Shown piece by piece: positions 37,187-49,700 of a DNA stretch of 64,000 bases. How positions within the stretch are numbered: position 1 is the first letter of the stretch; each line of letters opens with the position of its first letter. The position numbers were made by a program, and so were the translations under genes. The DNA lies in NCBI RefSeq assembly GCF_963921235.1, contig NC_086097.1, positions 254,140,001 to 254,204,000 of the forward strand, read 5' to 3'. The notes under the pieces were generated by a model. It made no database searches. It saw only the letters and a program-made list of their open reading frames with translations, and was not told the DNA's origin. This DNA is from Mobula hypostoma. Its lineage: Eukaryota.

Positions 37187-40100
37187 CCATAAGATAAAGG
37201 AGCAGTAGGCCATTTGGCCCATCGAGTATGCCCCACCATTCAATCATGGGCTGATCCAATTCTTCCAGTCATCCCCACTCCCCTGCCTTCTCCCCATACC
37301 CTTTGATGCCCTGACTAATCAAGAACCTCTCTGCCTTAAATGCACCCAGTGAGTTGGCCTCCACAGCTGCTCGTGGCAACAAATTACACAGATCTACCAC
37401 CTTCTGACTAAAGTAATTTCTCTGCATCTCTGTTCTAAATGGACGAACTTCAATCCTGAAGCCGTGCCCTCTTGTCTTGAACTCCCCTACCATAAGAAGT
37501 AACTTTGCCATTTCTAATCTGCTCACGCCTTTTAACATTCGGAATGTTTCTATGAGATCCTCCCTCATTGTGCTGAACGCCAGGGCTTACAGCCCAAGAG
37601 CTGCCAGACGTTCCTCATACGGTAACCCTTTCATTCCTGAAATCCTTCTTGTGAATCTTCTCTGAACCCTCTCCAATGTCAGTATATCCTTTCTAAAATA
37701 AGGAGCCCAAAACTGCACACAGTACTTCCAGGTGTGGTCTCACGAGTGCCTTATAGAGCCACAACATCACATCCCTGCTCTTATATTCTATACCCCTAGA
37801 AATGAATGCCAACATTGCATTCGCCTTCTTCATCACTGACTCAACCTGGAGGATAACCGCTAGGGTATCCTGCACAAGGACTCCCAAGTCCCTTTTCATC
37901 TCTGCATTTTGAAGTCTCTCCCTATCTAAATAATAGTCTGCCTGTTTATTTCTTCCACCAAAGTGCATGACCTTACACTTTACAACATTGTATTTCATTT
38001 GCCACTTCTTTGCCCATTCCCCTAAACTGTCTAAGTCTTTCTGCAGGCTCTCTGTTTCCTCAATGCTACCCACTCCTCTACTTATCTTTGTATAATCGGC
38101 AAATTTAGCCAGAAATCCATTAATCCCATATTCCAGTTCATTGACAGACATCAGAAAAACATGTGGTCCCAACACTGACCCCTGTGGGACTCCACTGGTG
38201 ACCAGCAGCCAGCCAGAATAGGATCTCTTTATTCCCACTCTCTGTTTTCTGCCAATCAGCCAATGCTCCACTCATGCTAGTAACTTCCCTGTAATTCCTT
38301 GGGCTCTTATCTTGCTAAGCAAGCTCACGTGCAGCACCTTGTCAAAGGCCTTCTGAATATCCAAGTACACCATGTCTACTGCATCTCCTTTGTCTACCCT
38401 GCTTGTAATTTCTTCAAAAAATCGCGATAGGAGTGTCTGGCAGGATTTTCCTTTCAGGAAACCATGCTGGCTTTGGCCTGTCTTGTCATGTGTCTCCAAG
38501 TGCTCTGTAATCTCATCCCTAACAATCAATTCCAACAACTCCCAACCACTGAGTCAGGCTAATAGGTCTATAGTTTCCTTTCTGCTGCCTCCCACCCTTC
38601 TTAAATAGCAGAGTAACATTTGCAGTTTTCTAGTCATCCAGTACAAAGCCATAATCTATTGATTCTTGAAAGATCATTGCTAATGCCTCCATAATCTCTC
38701 CATCTACTTCCTTCAGAACCCGAAAGTGCATTTCATCAGGTCCAGGAGATTTATCCACCCTCAGACCATTAAGCTTCCTGAGCACCTTCTCTGTCATAAT
38801 TTTCACTGCACATATTTCACTTCCCTAACACTCTTGAATGTCCGATATACTGCAGCTGTCTTTCACTGTGAAGACTGATGAAAAATACGCATTCAATTCC
38901 TCTGCCATCTCTGCATCTCTCGTTACAATATCTCCAGCGTCAGTTTCTATTGGTCCTATATATAGCTATATATCTATATCTACCCTCAACTTTCTTTTAC
39001 TCTTTATATTCTTTAAAAAAGCTTTTAGTGTCTTCTTTGGTATTAGTCACCAGCTTCTTTTCAAAATTCATCTTTTCCTTCCTAATGACCTTCTTAGTTT
39101 TCTTCTGCAAGTTTTTAAAAGCTTCCCAATCCTCTATCTTTCCACTAGCTTTGGCTTCCTGTATGCCCTCTCTTTTGCTTTTACTTTGGTTCTGACTTCA
39201 CTTGTCATCCACGGTAGTATCCAGAATCATTGGACTCTGGCATGGTGCCAGAGGACTGGAAAATTGCAAATGTCATTACACTCTTTAAGAAAGGAAGAAG
39301 GCAGCAGAAAGGAAATTATAGATCAGTTAGCCTGACCTCAGTTGTTGACAAGATGTTAGAGTCAATTGTTGAGGATGAAGTGATGGAGTACTTGGTAACA
39401 CGACAGGAATAGTATAAAGTCAGCATGGTTTGTTCCAAGGAAAATTCTGCCTGATGAACCTGTTGGAATTCTTTGAGAAGATTACAAGTAGGATAGATAA
39501 AGGGGATGCTGTGAGTGTTGTATACTTGGACTTTCAGAAGGCCTTTGACAAAGTGTCACATATGAGGCTGCTTTACCAAGTTAAGAGCCCATGGCATTAC
39601 AGGAAAGTTACTGACATGGTTATAGCATTGACTGATTGGTAGGAGGCAGCGAGTGGAAATAAAAGGATCCTTTCTGGTTGGCTGCCAGTGACTTGTGGTG
39701 TTCCGCAGGGGTCTGTGTTCGGACTACTTCTTTTTATGCTGTATATGAATGACTTAGATGATGGAATAGGTGGCTTTGCTGCCAAGTTTGCAAGTGATAT
39801 GAAGATTGATGGAGGGGCAGGTAGTGTTGAGGAAACAGGTAGGATGCAGAAGGACTTAGACAGATTAGGAGAATGGGCAAAAAAGTGGCAAATGAAATAC
39901 AATGTTGGAAAATGCTCGGTCATGCACTTTAGTAGCAGAAATAAATGTGCAGACTATTTTCTAAATGGGGAGAAAATCCAGAAATCTGAGATGCAGAGGG
40001 ATCACGGAGTCCTTGTGCAGAACACCCTGAAGGTTAACTTGCAGGTTGAGGCAGTGGTGAGGAGGGCAAATATCATGTTAACATTCATTTCAAGAGGTTT

Positions 40101-41525
40101 AGAATACAAGAGCAAGGATGTGATGCTGAGCCTTTATAAGACACTGGTGAGGCCTCACCTTGAACTGTTTTGGCCCCCTCATCTTCCAAAAGATGTGCTG
40201 GCTTTGGAGATGGTCCAGAGGAGGTTCACAAGGATGATTCCAGAAATTAAAGGTTTATCAAACGAGTACCGCTTGATGGTTCTGGGTCTGTACTTGCTGA
40301 AATTTAGAAGGATGAGGGGGGGTTCTCATTGAAACCTTTCGGATGTTGAAAGGCCTGGACAGAGAGATGTGGAAAGGATGTTTCCCATGGTGGGAGAGTC
40401 TAGGACAAGAGGGCATAGCCTCAGGATAGAGGGGTGCCCTTTCAAAACAAATGTGGCAAAATTTCTTTTGCTAGAGGGTGGTGAATTAGTGGAATTTGTT
40501 GCCACATGCAGTGAGACCAGGTCATTGAGTGTATTTAAGGTAGAGATTGATAGGTTCTTGATTGGACATGGCATCAAAGGTTATGGGGAGAAGCCCGGGA
40601 AATGGGGTTGAGGAGGAGATAGAAGAAGGATCAGCCATGATTGAATGGTGGAGCAGACTCGATGAGCTAGATGGCCTAATTCTGCTCCTATGTCTTATGG
40701 TCTTCTTCCATTTGAAAATTTCTTCTTATTTGGAATATATCTGTCTTGCACTTCCCTCATTTTTCGCAGTATCTCCAGCCATTGCTGCTCTGCTGTCCTT
40801 CCTGCTCGTGTCCCTTTCAAGTCAACTTTGGCCAGTTCCTCTCTCATGCCATTGTAATTTCCTTTGTTCCACTGAAATACCGACACATTGGAATTCAGTT
40901 TCTCCTTCTCAAATTTCAAAGTGAACTCAATCATATTGTGATCACCATTCTTAAGGTTCCTTAACCTTAGGCTCTCTTATCACCTCCAGATCATTGCACA
41001 ACTCCCAATCCTGCACAGCTGATCCCCTAGTGGGCTCAACAACAAGCTGTTCTGAAAACCCATCCCTTAGACATTCTACAAATTTGATATCCTGAGTCCC
41101 AGTACTGGCCTGGTTTTCCTGATCCACTTTCATGTTAAAATCCCCAACGATTAACATGACATTGCCCTTCTGACACGCCTTTTCTTTCTCCTGCCGTAAT
41201 TTGTAATCCAGATCCCGCTGCTGTTTGAAGGCCTGTATACAACTGCCATTAGGGTCCTTCTACCCTTGCCATTTCTTAACTCAACCCGTAAAGCCTCTAC
41301 ATCTTCCGATCCTATGTCATCCCTTTCTAATGATTTAATATTATTTCTTATACACAGGGCCACACCAGCCCCTCTGCCTACTAACCTATCTTTCCGATAT
41401 ACCATATATCCTTGGACATTCAACTCCCAACGGCAGCCATCCTTTAGTGAAGTGTCAGAGATGGCCACAACATCATATTTGTTAATCTGTAGCTGAATTT
41501 CAAGATCCTCCATTTTATTTCTTAA
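37187..41525 (-). mobile_element. Long CR1 ORF2 (APE to 3' end) on minus strand, interrupted by a + strand CR1 (~39222-40705)
   Basis: Minus strand: YDVVAISDT..GAGVALCI..VYRPS, IVGDFN, YLDIQKAFDKV, GVPQGSVLGP, KFADYTK. Plus-strand insert: LDFQKAFDKV, GVPQGSVFG and 3' UTR ending atgtcttatggtctt. Confidence 0.85.
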
Positions 41526-41544
41526 AGAGGGGAGCAAATTATTT

Positions 41545-42510
41545 ACTTAGATTTCCAGAAAGCATTCGATAAGGTGCCACACAAAGGACATATCCATAGG
41601 ATAAGAATGCATAGAGTTTCGAGTGATGTATTAGCATTGATAGAGAATTGGTTGACCAATAGAAAGCAGAGAGTTCAGATACATGGATGTTTCTCTGGTT
41701 GGCAATCAATCAGTGGTGAGCAGTGTGCCACAGGGGTCAGTGCTGGGGCCATAACTGTTCATGATATTCATTAACGATCTGAAAGAGGGGACCAAGTAAG
41801 TTTGCTGATGACACTAAATTGAGTGGAAAAGCATATTTTGTAGAAGTTATGGAGAGTCTGCAGAGAGATATAGTTAGCTTAAGTGAGAGGGCAAGGGTCT
41901 GGCAGATGGAGTACAATGCTGGTAAATGTGAGGTCATCCACTTCAGAAGGAAAAAATGGAAGGGCAGGTTATTATTTTAATGGTTAAAAAAATAGCAGCA
42001 TGCAGCTGTGCAGAAGGACTTGGGAATGCTTGTGTAGTTCTGGTCTCCTTACTTGAAGGATATACTCACCTTGGAGGTGGTGCAGAGGAGGTTCACCAAG
42101 TTGATTTCAGAGTTGAAGCGGTTAGACTATGAGGAGAGATTGAGTTGCCTGGGACTGTACTCACTGGAATTCAGAAGTATGAGAGGAGAATTTGTAGAAA
42201 CATATAAAATTATGAAAGGGGTAGATAAGATAGAGCCAGGAAAGTTGTTTCTACCGTTAAGTGAGCCTAGAACTAGGGGACATAGCCTCAAAGTTCGTGG
42301 AAATAAATTTAGGACAGAGATGAGGAGGAACTGCTTTTCCCAGAGGGTGGTGAATCTGTGGATTTCTGTGCCCAATGAAGCATTGGAGGCTATCTCAGTA
42401 AATATATGTTAGACAAGATTGGATAGATTTTTGCGTAGTAGTGGAATTAAGGGTTATGGGGAAAAGGCAGGTAGGTGGAGATGAGTCCATGGTCAGATCA
42501 GCCATGATCT
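41545..42510 (+). mobile_element. CR1 RT/3' fragment with deletions
   Basis: DFQKAFDKVPH, PQGSVLGP, KFADDT and VQRRFTKLI..FSQRVVNLW. Confidence 0.8.
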
Positions 42511-43573
42511 TAAAAAAAGCTTTTTTAAGTATATAAAGGGTAAAAGAGAGTTGAGGGTAGATATAGGACCAATAAAACATGACGCTGAAGATATTGTAAT
42601 GAAAGATGCAGAGATGGCAGAGGAACTGAATGCATCAGTCTTCACAGTGAAAGATGTTTGCAGTATACTGGACATTCAAGAGTGTCAGGGAAGTGAGGTT
42701 TGTGCAGTGAAATTTACGACAGAGAAGGTGCTCAGGAAGCTTAATGGTCTGAGGGTGGATAAATCTCCTGGACCTGATGGAATGCACCCTCGGGTTCTGA
42801 AGGAAGTAGCTAGAGAGATTGCTGAGACATTAACAATGATCTTTCAAGAATCAATAGATTCTGGCATTGTACCGGATGACTGGAAAATTGCAAATGTCAC
42901 TCTGCTATTTAAGAAGGGTGGGAGGCAGCAGAAAGGAAACTATAGACCTGTTAGCCTGATGTCAGTGATTGGGAAGTTGTTAGGGATGAGATTATGAAGT
43001 TCCTGCAGGCACATGATAAGATAGGCCAAAGACAGCATGGTTTCTTGAAAGGAAAATCCTACCTGACAAGCCTACTGCAATTCTTTGAGGTAATTACAAG
43101 AAGGGTAGATAGAGGAGATGCAGTCGATATGGCGTACATGGAACTTCAGGAGGCCCTTGACAAGGGGCCACACATGAGGCTGCTTAGCAAGATAAGAGTC
43201 CGTGGAATTACAGGGCAGTTACTAGCGTGGGTGGAGCATTGGTTGGTTGGCAGAAAACATAGTGGGAATAAAGGGATCCTATTCTGACTGACTGCTGGTT
43301 ACCAGTGGAGTTCCACAGGGGTTGGTGTTGGGACTGCTGCTTTTTACGACGTATAACAATAATTTGGACTACGGTATTAATGGATTTGTGGCTAAATTTG
43401 CCAATGATACAAAGATAGGTGGAAGAGCGGGTAGTGCTGAGGAAGCAGAGAGCCTGCAGAGAGACTTAGATAATTTAGAAGACTGGGCAAAGAAGTGGCA
43501 AATGAAATACAATGTTGGAAAGTGTAAGGTCATGCACTTTGGTGGAAGAAATAAACGGGCAGATTATTATTTA

Positions 43574-44057
43574 CGCAAACATCAGGTTGGAGGAACAACA
43601 CCTTATATTCCGTCTGGGTAGCCTCCAACCTGATGGCATGAACATCGACTTCTCTAACTTCCGCTAATGCCCCACCTCCCCCTCGTACCCCATCCGTTAT
43701 TTATTTTTATACACACATTCTTTCTCTCACTCTCCTTTTTCTCCCTCTGTCCCTCTGACTATACCCCTTGCCCATCCTCTGGGTTCGCCCCCCCCCTGTC
43801 TTTCTCCCCGGACTTCCTGTCCCATGATCCTCTCGTATCCCCTTTGCCTATCACCTGTCCAGCTCGTGGCTCCATCCCTCCCCCTCCTGTCCTCTCCTAT
43901 CATTTTGGATCTCCCCCCCCCTCACTTTCAAATCTCTTACTAACTCTTCCTTCAGTTAGTCCTGACGAAGGGTCTCGGCCTGAAACGTCGACTGTACCTC
44001 TTCCTAGAGATGCTGCCTGGCCTGCTGCATTCACCAGCAACTTTGATGTGTGTTGCT
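43574..44057 (+). mobile_element. Penelope-like 3' end (pLTR) insertion
   Basis: Very similar to 7340-7820. TSD CAGATTATTATTTA / CAGATTAATATTTA (43560-73, 44058-71). Confidence 0.88.
43958..43993 (+). ncRNA. Minimal type I hammerhead ribozyme (intact core), sense to host gene
   Basis: AGTC-CTGACGA-AGGGTCTCGGCCT-GAAACGTC^GACT, identical to 21140-21175. Confidence 0.72.
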
Positions 44058-44140
44058 CAGATTAATATTTAGATGGGCGAATTCAAAATGCAGAGATACA
44101 AAGGGACTTGGGAGTCCTTGTGCAAGATACCCTAAAGGTT

Positions 44141-45945
44141 GACATAGAAACATAGAAAACAGGTGCAGGAATAGGCCATTCGGCCCTTCGAGCCTGCACC
44201 GCCATTCAGTATGATCATGGCTGATCATCCGACTCAGAACCCTGTACCAGCCTTCCGTCCATACCCCCTGATCCCTTTAGCCACAAGGGCCATATCTAAC
44301 TCCCTCTTAAATATAGTCAATGAACTGGCCTCAACTGTTTCCTGTGACAGAGAATTCCACAGATTCACCACTCTCTGTGTGAAGAAGTTTTTCCTCAACT
44401 CGGTCCTAAAAGGCTTCCCCTTTATCCTCAAACTGTGACCCCTCGTTCTGGACTTCCCCAACATCAGGAACAATCCTCCTGCATCTAGCCTGTCCAATCC
44501 CTTTAGGATTTTATACGTTTCAATAAGATCCCCACTCCATCTTCTAAATTCCAACAAGTATAAGCCTAGTCGATCCAGTCTTTCATCATATGAAAGTCCT
44601 GCCATCCCAGGAATCAATCTGGTGAACCTTCTTTGTACTCCCTCTATGGCAAGAATGTCTTTCCTCAGATTAGGGGACCAAAACTGCACACAATACTCCA
44701 GGTGTGGTGTCACCAAGGCCTTGTACAATTGCAGTCGTACCTCCCTGCGCCTGTACTCGAATCCTCTCGCTATAAATGCCAGCATACCATTTGCCCTTTT
44801 CACTGCCTGCTGTACCTGCATGCCCACTTTCAATGACTGGTGTATAATGACTCCCAGGTCTCGTTGCACCTCCCCTTTTCCTAATCGGCCACCATTCAGA
44901 TAATAATCTGTTTTCCTGATTTTGCCACCAAGGTGGATAACCTCACATTTATCCACATTAAATTGCATCTGCCATGAATTTGCCCACTCACCTAACCTAT
45001 CCAAGTCACCCTGCATCCTCTTAGCATCCTCCTCACAGCTAACACTGCCGCCCAGCTTCGTGTCATCCACAAACTTGGAGATGCTGCATTTAATCCCGTC
45101 ATCTAAGTCATTAATATATATTGTAAACAACTGGGGTCCCAGCACTGAGCCTTGCGGTACCCCACTAGTCACTGCCTGCCATTCTGAAAAGGTCCAGTTT
45201 ATTCCCACTCTTTGCTTCCTGTCTGCCAACCAATTCTCTATCCACATCAGTACCTTACCCCCAATACCATGTGCTTTAAGTTTGTACACTAATCTCTTGT
45301 GTGGGACCTTGTCAAAAGCCTTTTGAAAATCCAAATATACCACATCCACTGGTTCTCCCCTATCCACTCTGCTAGTTACATCCTCAAAAAATTCTATGAG
45401 ATTCGTCAGACATGATTTTCCTTTCACAAATCCATGCTGATTTTGTCCGATGATTTCACCGCTTTCCAAATGTGCTGCTATCACATCTTTGATAACTGAC
45501 TCTAGCCCCCCACCGATGTTAGGCTAACCGGTCTATAATTCCCCGGCTTCTCTCTCCCTCCTTTTTTAAAAAGCGGGGTTACGTTAGCCACCCTCCAATC
45601 CTCAGGAACTAGTCCAGAATCTAAAGAGTTTTGAAAAATTACCACTAATGCATCCACTATTTCTTGGGCTGCTTCCTTAAGCACTCTGGGATGCAGACCA
45701 TCTGGCCCTGGGGATTCATCTGCCTTTAATCCCTTCAATTTACCTAACACCACTTCCCTACTAACATGTATTTCCCTCAGTTCCTCCATCTCACTAGACC
45801 CTCTGTCCCCTACTATTTCCGGAAGATTATTTATGTCCTCCTTAGTGAAGACAGAACCAAAGTAGTTATTCAATTGGTCTGCCATGTCCTTGCTCCCCAT
45901 AATCAATTCACCTGTTTCTGTCTGTAGGGGACCTACATTTGTCTT
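44141..45945 (-). mobile_element. Young 5'-truncated CR1, same subfamily as 29009-31096
   Basis: 416-aa and 164-aa frames nearly identical to the 664-aa ORF, separated by one small deletion at ~45505. FVDD instead of FADD. (TTTCTATG)n tail. Confidence 0.93.
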
Positions 45946-46798
45946 AAGCAATCCAGGTTGAGTCGGTTGTGAAGAAGGCGAATGCAATGTTGGCATTCAT
46001 TTCTAGAAATATAGAATATAAGAGCAGGGATGTGATGTTGAGGCTCTATAAGGCACTCGTGAGACCACACTTGGAGTATTGTGTGCAGTTTTGGGCTCCT
46101 TATTTTTGAAAGAATATACTGACATTGGAGAGGGTTCAGAGAAAATTCACGAGAATGATTGCAGGAATGAAAGGGTTACCATATGAGGAATGTCTGGCAG
46201 CTCTCGGGCTGTATTCCCTGGAGTTCTGGAGAAAGAGAGGGGATCTCATAGAAGCATTCCAAATGTTAAAAGGCCTGAACGGATTAGACATGGAAAAGTT
46301 ACTTCCCATGGTAGGGGATTCTAGGACAAGAGGCCACGACTTCAGGATTGAAGGACATCCTTTTAGAACTGACATGCGGTGAAATTACTTTATTGAGAGG
46401 GTGATAAATCTGTGGAATTTGTTGTCACGAGCGGCTGTGGAGGCCAAGTCATTGGGTGTATTTAAGGCAGAGATAGATAGGTTGTTGATTAGCCAGGGCA
46501 TCGAAGGGCCTGGGATGAAAGCAGGGGAGTGGGGATGACTGGAAGAATTGGATCAGCCCATGATTGAGTGGCGGAGCAGGCTCAATGGGCCAGATGACCT
46601 ACTGCTGCTCCTATTTCTTTTGTTCTTGTGTTCTTATCTTTAGACTTTGTTGGCCAGTGGTCCTGAGAAATATCTTGGGACATTTGTTGTGATGAAGGTA
46701 GACTGGGCTGTAAAGCAGTAAGTTGCTGAATACCAGAGGACTGCAATAAATTGGAAATTTTAATTAAAATGTATGATGGTAGATAAACAATGAAAACA

Positions 46799-49700
46799 TT
46801 TCTTTCTTTTTAAATATTATTATTATCCAAAATTAACATGAGTACATCGAAGAAAGCAACACTTACAATGTCTCAAGAAAAAAAGCATTATTTTAAAGAT
46901 TGAAAAAATTTTGGTGATTAAATCAAAATCCCTACTAAGCAAGAAAAAGTGGGAAATAAAAACCCCATTACGTGTTCAACCCCAGAGCCATGCGTCATAC
47001 AAAAAGCTTCTAAAGACAAACATCAAACTGCCAGCAAGAAAAAAAAAGTACCAAAAATTTACAATTAGATCGTGGAGGAAATCTATCAATTAACTCAAAT
47101 GATAATAACGAGCAAATGAACCCCATCTTTTCTCAAAATCATACAAAAAAATGGCCCTCCTAGCTATCAATGTTACAAATGCAATAACATGTTGGTCAGA
47201 CACAGAAATACCATGGATATTTTGAGGAATTATTCCAAAAAACAGTTAATTTGTTAGGTTGTAAATTAATTTTAAGTGCTTTAGAAATTGTCAAAAAAAC
47301 TGACTTCAGGACTGTTCTAGTATAGAACAAGACCAATACTTGTGTGTCAGTGTAGCTGTCACAGTTTTACATCTATCACAATAACTATCAACATTAGGGA
47401 ATATTTTAGACAATCTCTCCTTTGTCAAATGGTAACGATGTACAATTTTAAATTGGATTAGTGAATGACTAGCACAGATCAAAGAAGAGTTAACCAGCTT
47501 CAGAATCCACGTCCAATCCTCCGTCATAACAGTCAAATTAAGTTCCTTTTCCCAATCTTGTTTAATCTTAAATAAAGGACACTTATCCCATTGTAATAGT
47601 AAATTATAAATTCTTCCTATGGAACCCTTTATTGAAGGGTTCATACTCATAATAGTATCTAACAGGTCAGCGTCCAATATTGTAAGGAAAGTTACTTAAA
47701 TATTTTTGTAAGAAATGTCTAACTTGAAAGTATTGTAAAAAGTGTGAGTATGAGAGAGAATATTTATCAACTAATTGTTCAAAAGACATCAGTCTATCTT
47801 CTTTAAATAAATCCGAAAAAGAATTAATACCTTTATTTTTCCAAAGTAAAAAAATTGGATCACTCAAAGAAAGCTTAAAAAAGTAATTTCGATAAATTAA
47901 ACTACAAAATTTAAATTTTTTAAGATTAAAAATATTGCGGAACTGGAGCCAAGTTTGTAAAGAATGCTTAAACACAGGGCATAAGTTTAAATTAGCAGCT
48001 TTAGCTAATAGTATAGGTAAAGCAGCTCCCAGTAACGAGGTTAAATAAAACTTTTTACAGCTTTCAATTCCAAGTCTACCCAAATTGGCTGATGGTTCTT
48101 ATCAACCCAATATAATCAAAAGGATATGTATCACACATTAACAGCCCAGTAGTACATTCTTAAATTAGGCCAAGCGAGACCTCCATCCTTTTCAACTTTT
48201 GAAAGTGACATTTACTAATTCTTGGTCTTTTATTATTCCAAATAAAAGATAAAATAATAGAATCAATCCGATCAAAAAACTTCTTAGTCAAAAAAACAGG
48301 GATATTCTGAAATAAATATAAAAATTTTGGTAAGATCATCATTTTGACTATATGGATGCGACCAACAAGTGAAAATGTAAGTGGACTCCATCTACGAAAT
48401 AAATACTTCATAGAGTCTACCAAGGGAACAAAATTGGCTTTATAAAGATCCTTGTATATTTTAGTGATTATAACACCTAAATATCTAAAAGAATCCATGA
48501 CTTTGAAAGGAGTATTATCATGTATAGAAACAGATTCATTTAAAGGAAATAATTCACTTTTACTAAAATTTATTTTATATCCTGAAAAATCTCCAAATTC
48601 ATTAAATAATTTTAGCAAGGCAGGAATAGATTTCCTCAGGATTAGGTATATAAACCAATAAATCATCAGCGTAATGAGAGATCTCATTCACAAAAATCCC
48701 ATAAATATATTTAGCTTCATGAAGAGCAATAGCAAGGGGTTCTAATATTAAATTAAATAACAAAGGACTTAATGGACAACCTTACCTTATCTCCTGTGAA
48801 AGCTGAATATAAGGGGACCTACAGTTATTAGTAATAACAGTAGCAATAGAAGTTTTATATATCATTCTAATCCAGTTATTAAAATTAACACCAAAGCCAA
48901 ATGTCTCTAAAATGTTAAATAAATATTTCCATTTGACTCGATCAAACGCTTTTTCAGCATCCAAAGAGACGACGTATTGTGGAGTTTTCTGCTGTGTACA
49001 TACATCTACTGATGCTTCTGGACACATCAGTGAGTTTTAAAAGAGGATGGATATATAATGTTAAATAATCTCCGAACATTTGAAAAAGAATAACGACCCT
49101 TTATAAAGCCTGTTTGATCTTTAAAAGTAATTTTACCCAAAATATTCTCCAACCGATTGGCCATTATCTTTGACAGTATCTTAGCATCAACGTTCAATAA
49201 TGAAATAGGTCTATATGAGGCACAATCAGTAGGATCTTTATCCTTTTTAAGAAGTAAAGAAATAGAAGCCTCATAGAAAGTAGAGGGTAAATCACCTTTT
49301 ACAAAAGAATCTTTAAACACTTCCAACATATACAGAGAAAGCACTCTTCCTAATTTTTAATAAAATTCTACAGGATAGCCATCGAGTCCAGGGGCCTTAC
49401 CAGATTGCATTGAAAAAATAGCTTTATGAATTTCGGCGTCAGTAATCTGGGCATCAAGAGTTTTTGATCCTCAACAGAAATTTTAAGAAAAGCAATCTTT
49501 CTGAAGAAAGCATTCATTTTAGAAGAATCTACTGGACATTGAGATTTATAAAGTTCAGTATAAAAATCTTGAAAATTCTTATTAATTTCTTCATATTCCC
49601 AAGCCAGGGTACCATCTTTCCTACGAATTTTCAAAATTTGCCTTTTGGCTCTAGCCGTTTTTAATTCAGATGCAAGCAGTTTGTTATTTTTATCTCCAAA

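Larger units (their letters stand above)
42510..46635 (+). mobile_element. CR1 ORF2 3' half hosting two nested insertions (PLE end 43574-44057; antisense CR1 44141-45945)
   Basis: KSPGPDGMHPRVL and KFANDTK. The reading resumes after each insert (ADYYL|DG, TLKV|QVES) and ends in a CR1 3' UTR. Confidence 0.85.
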
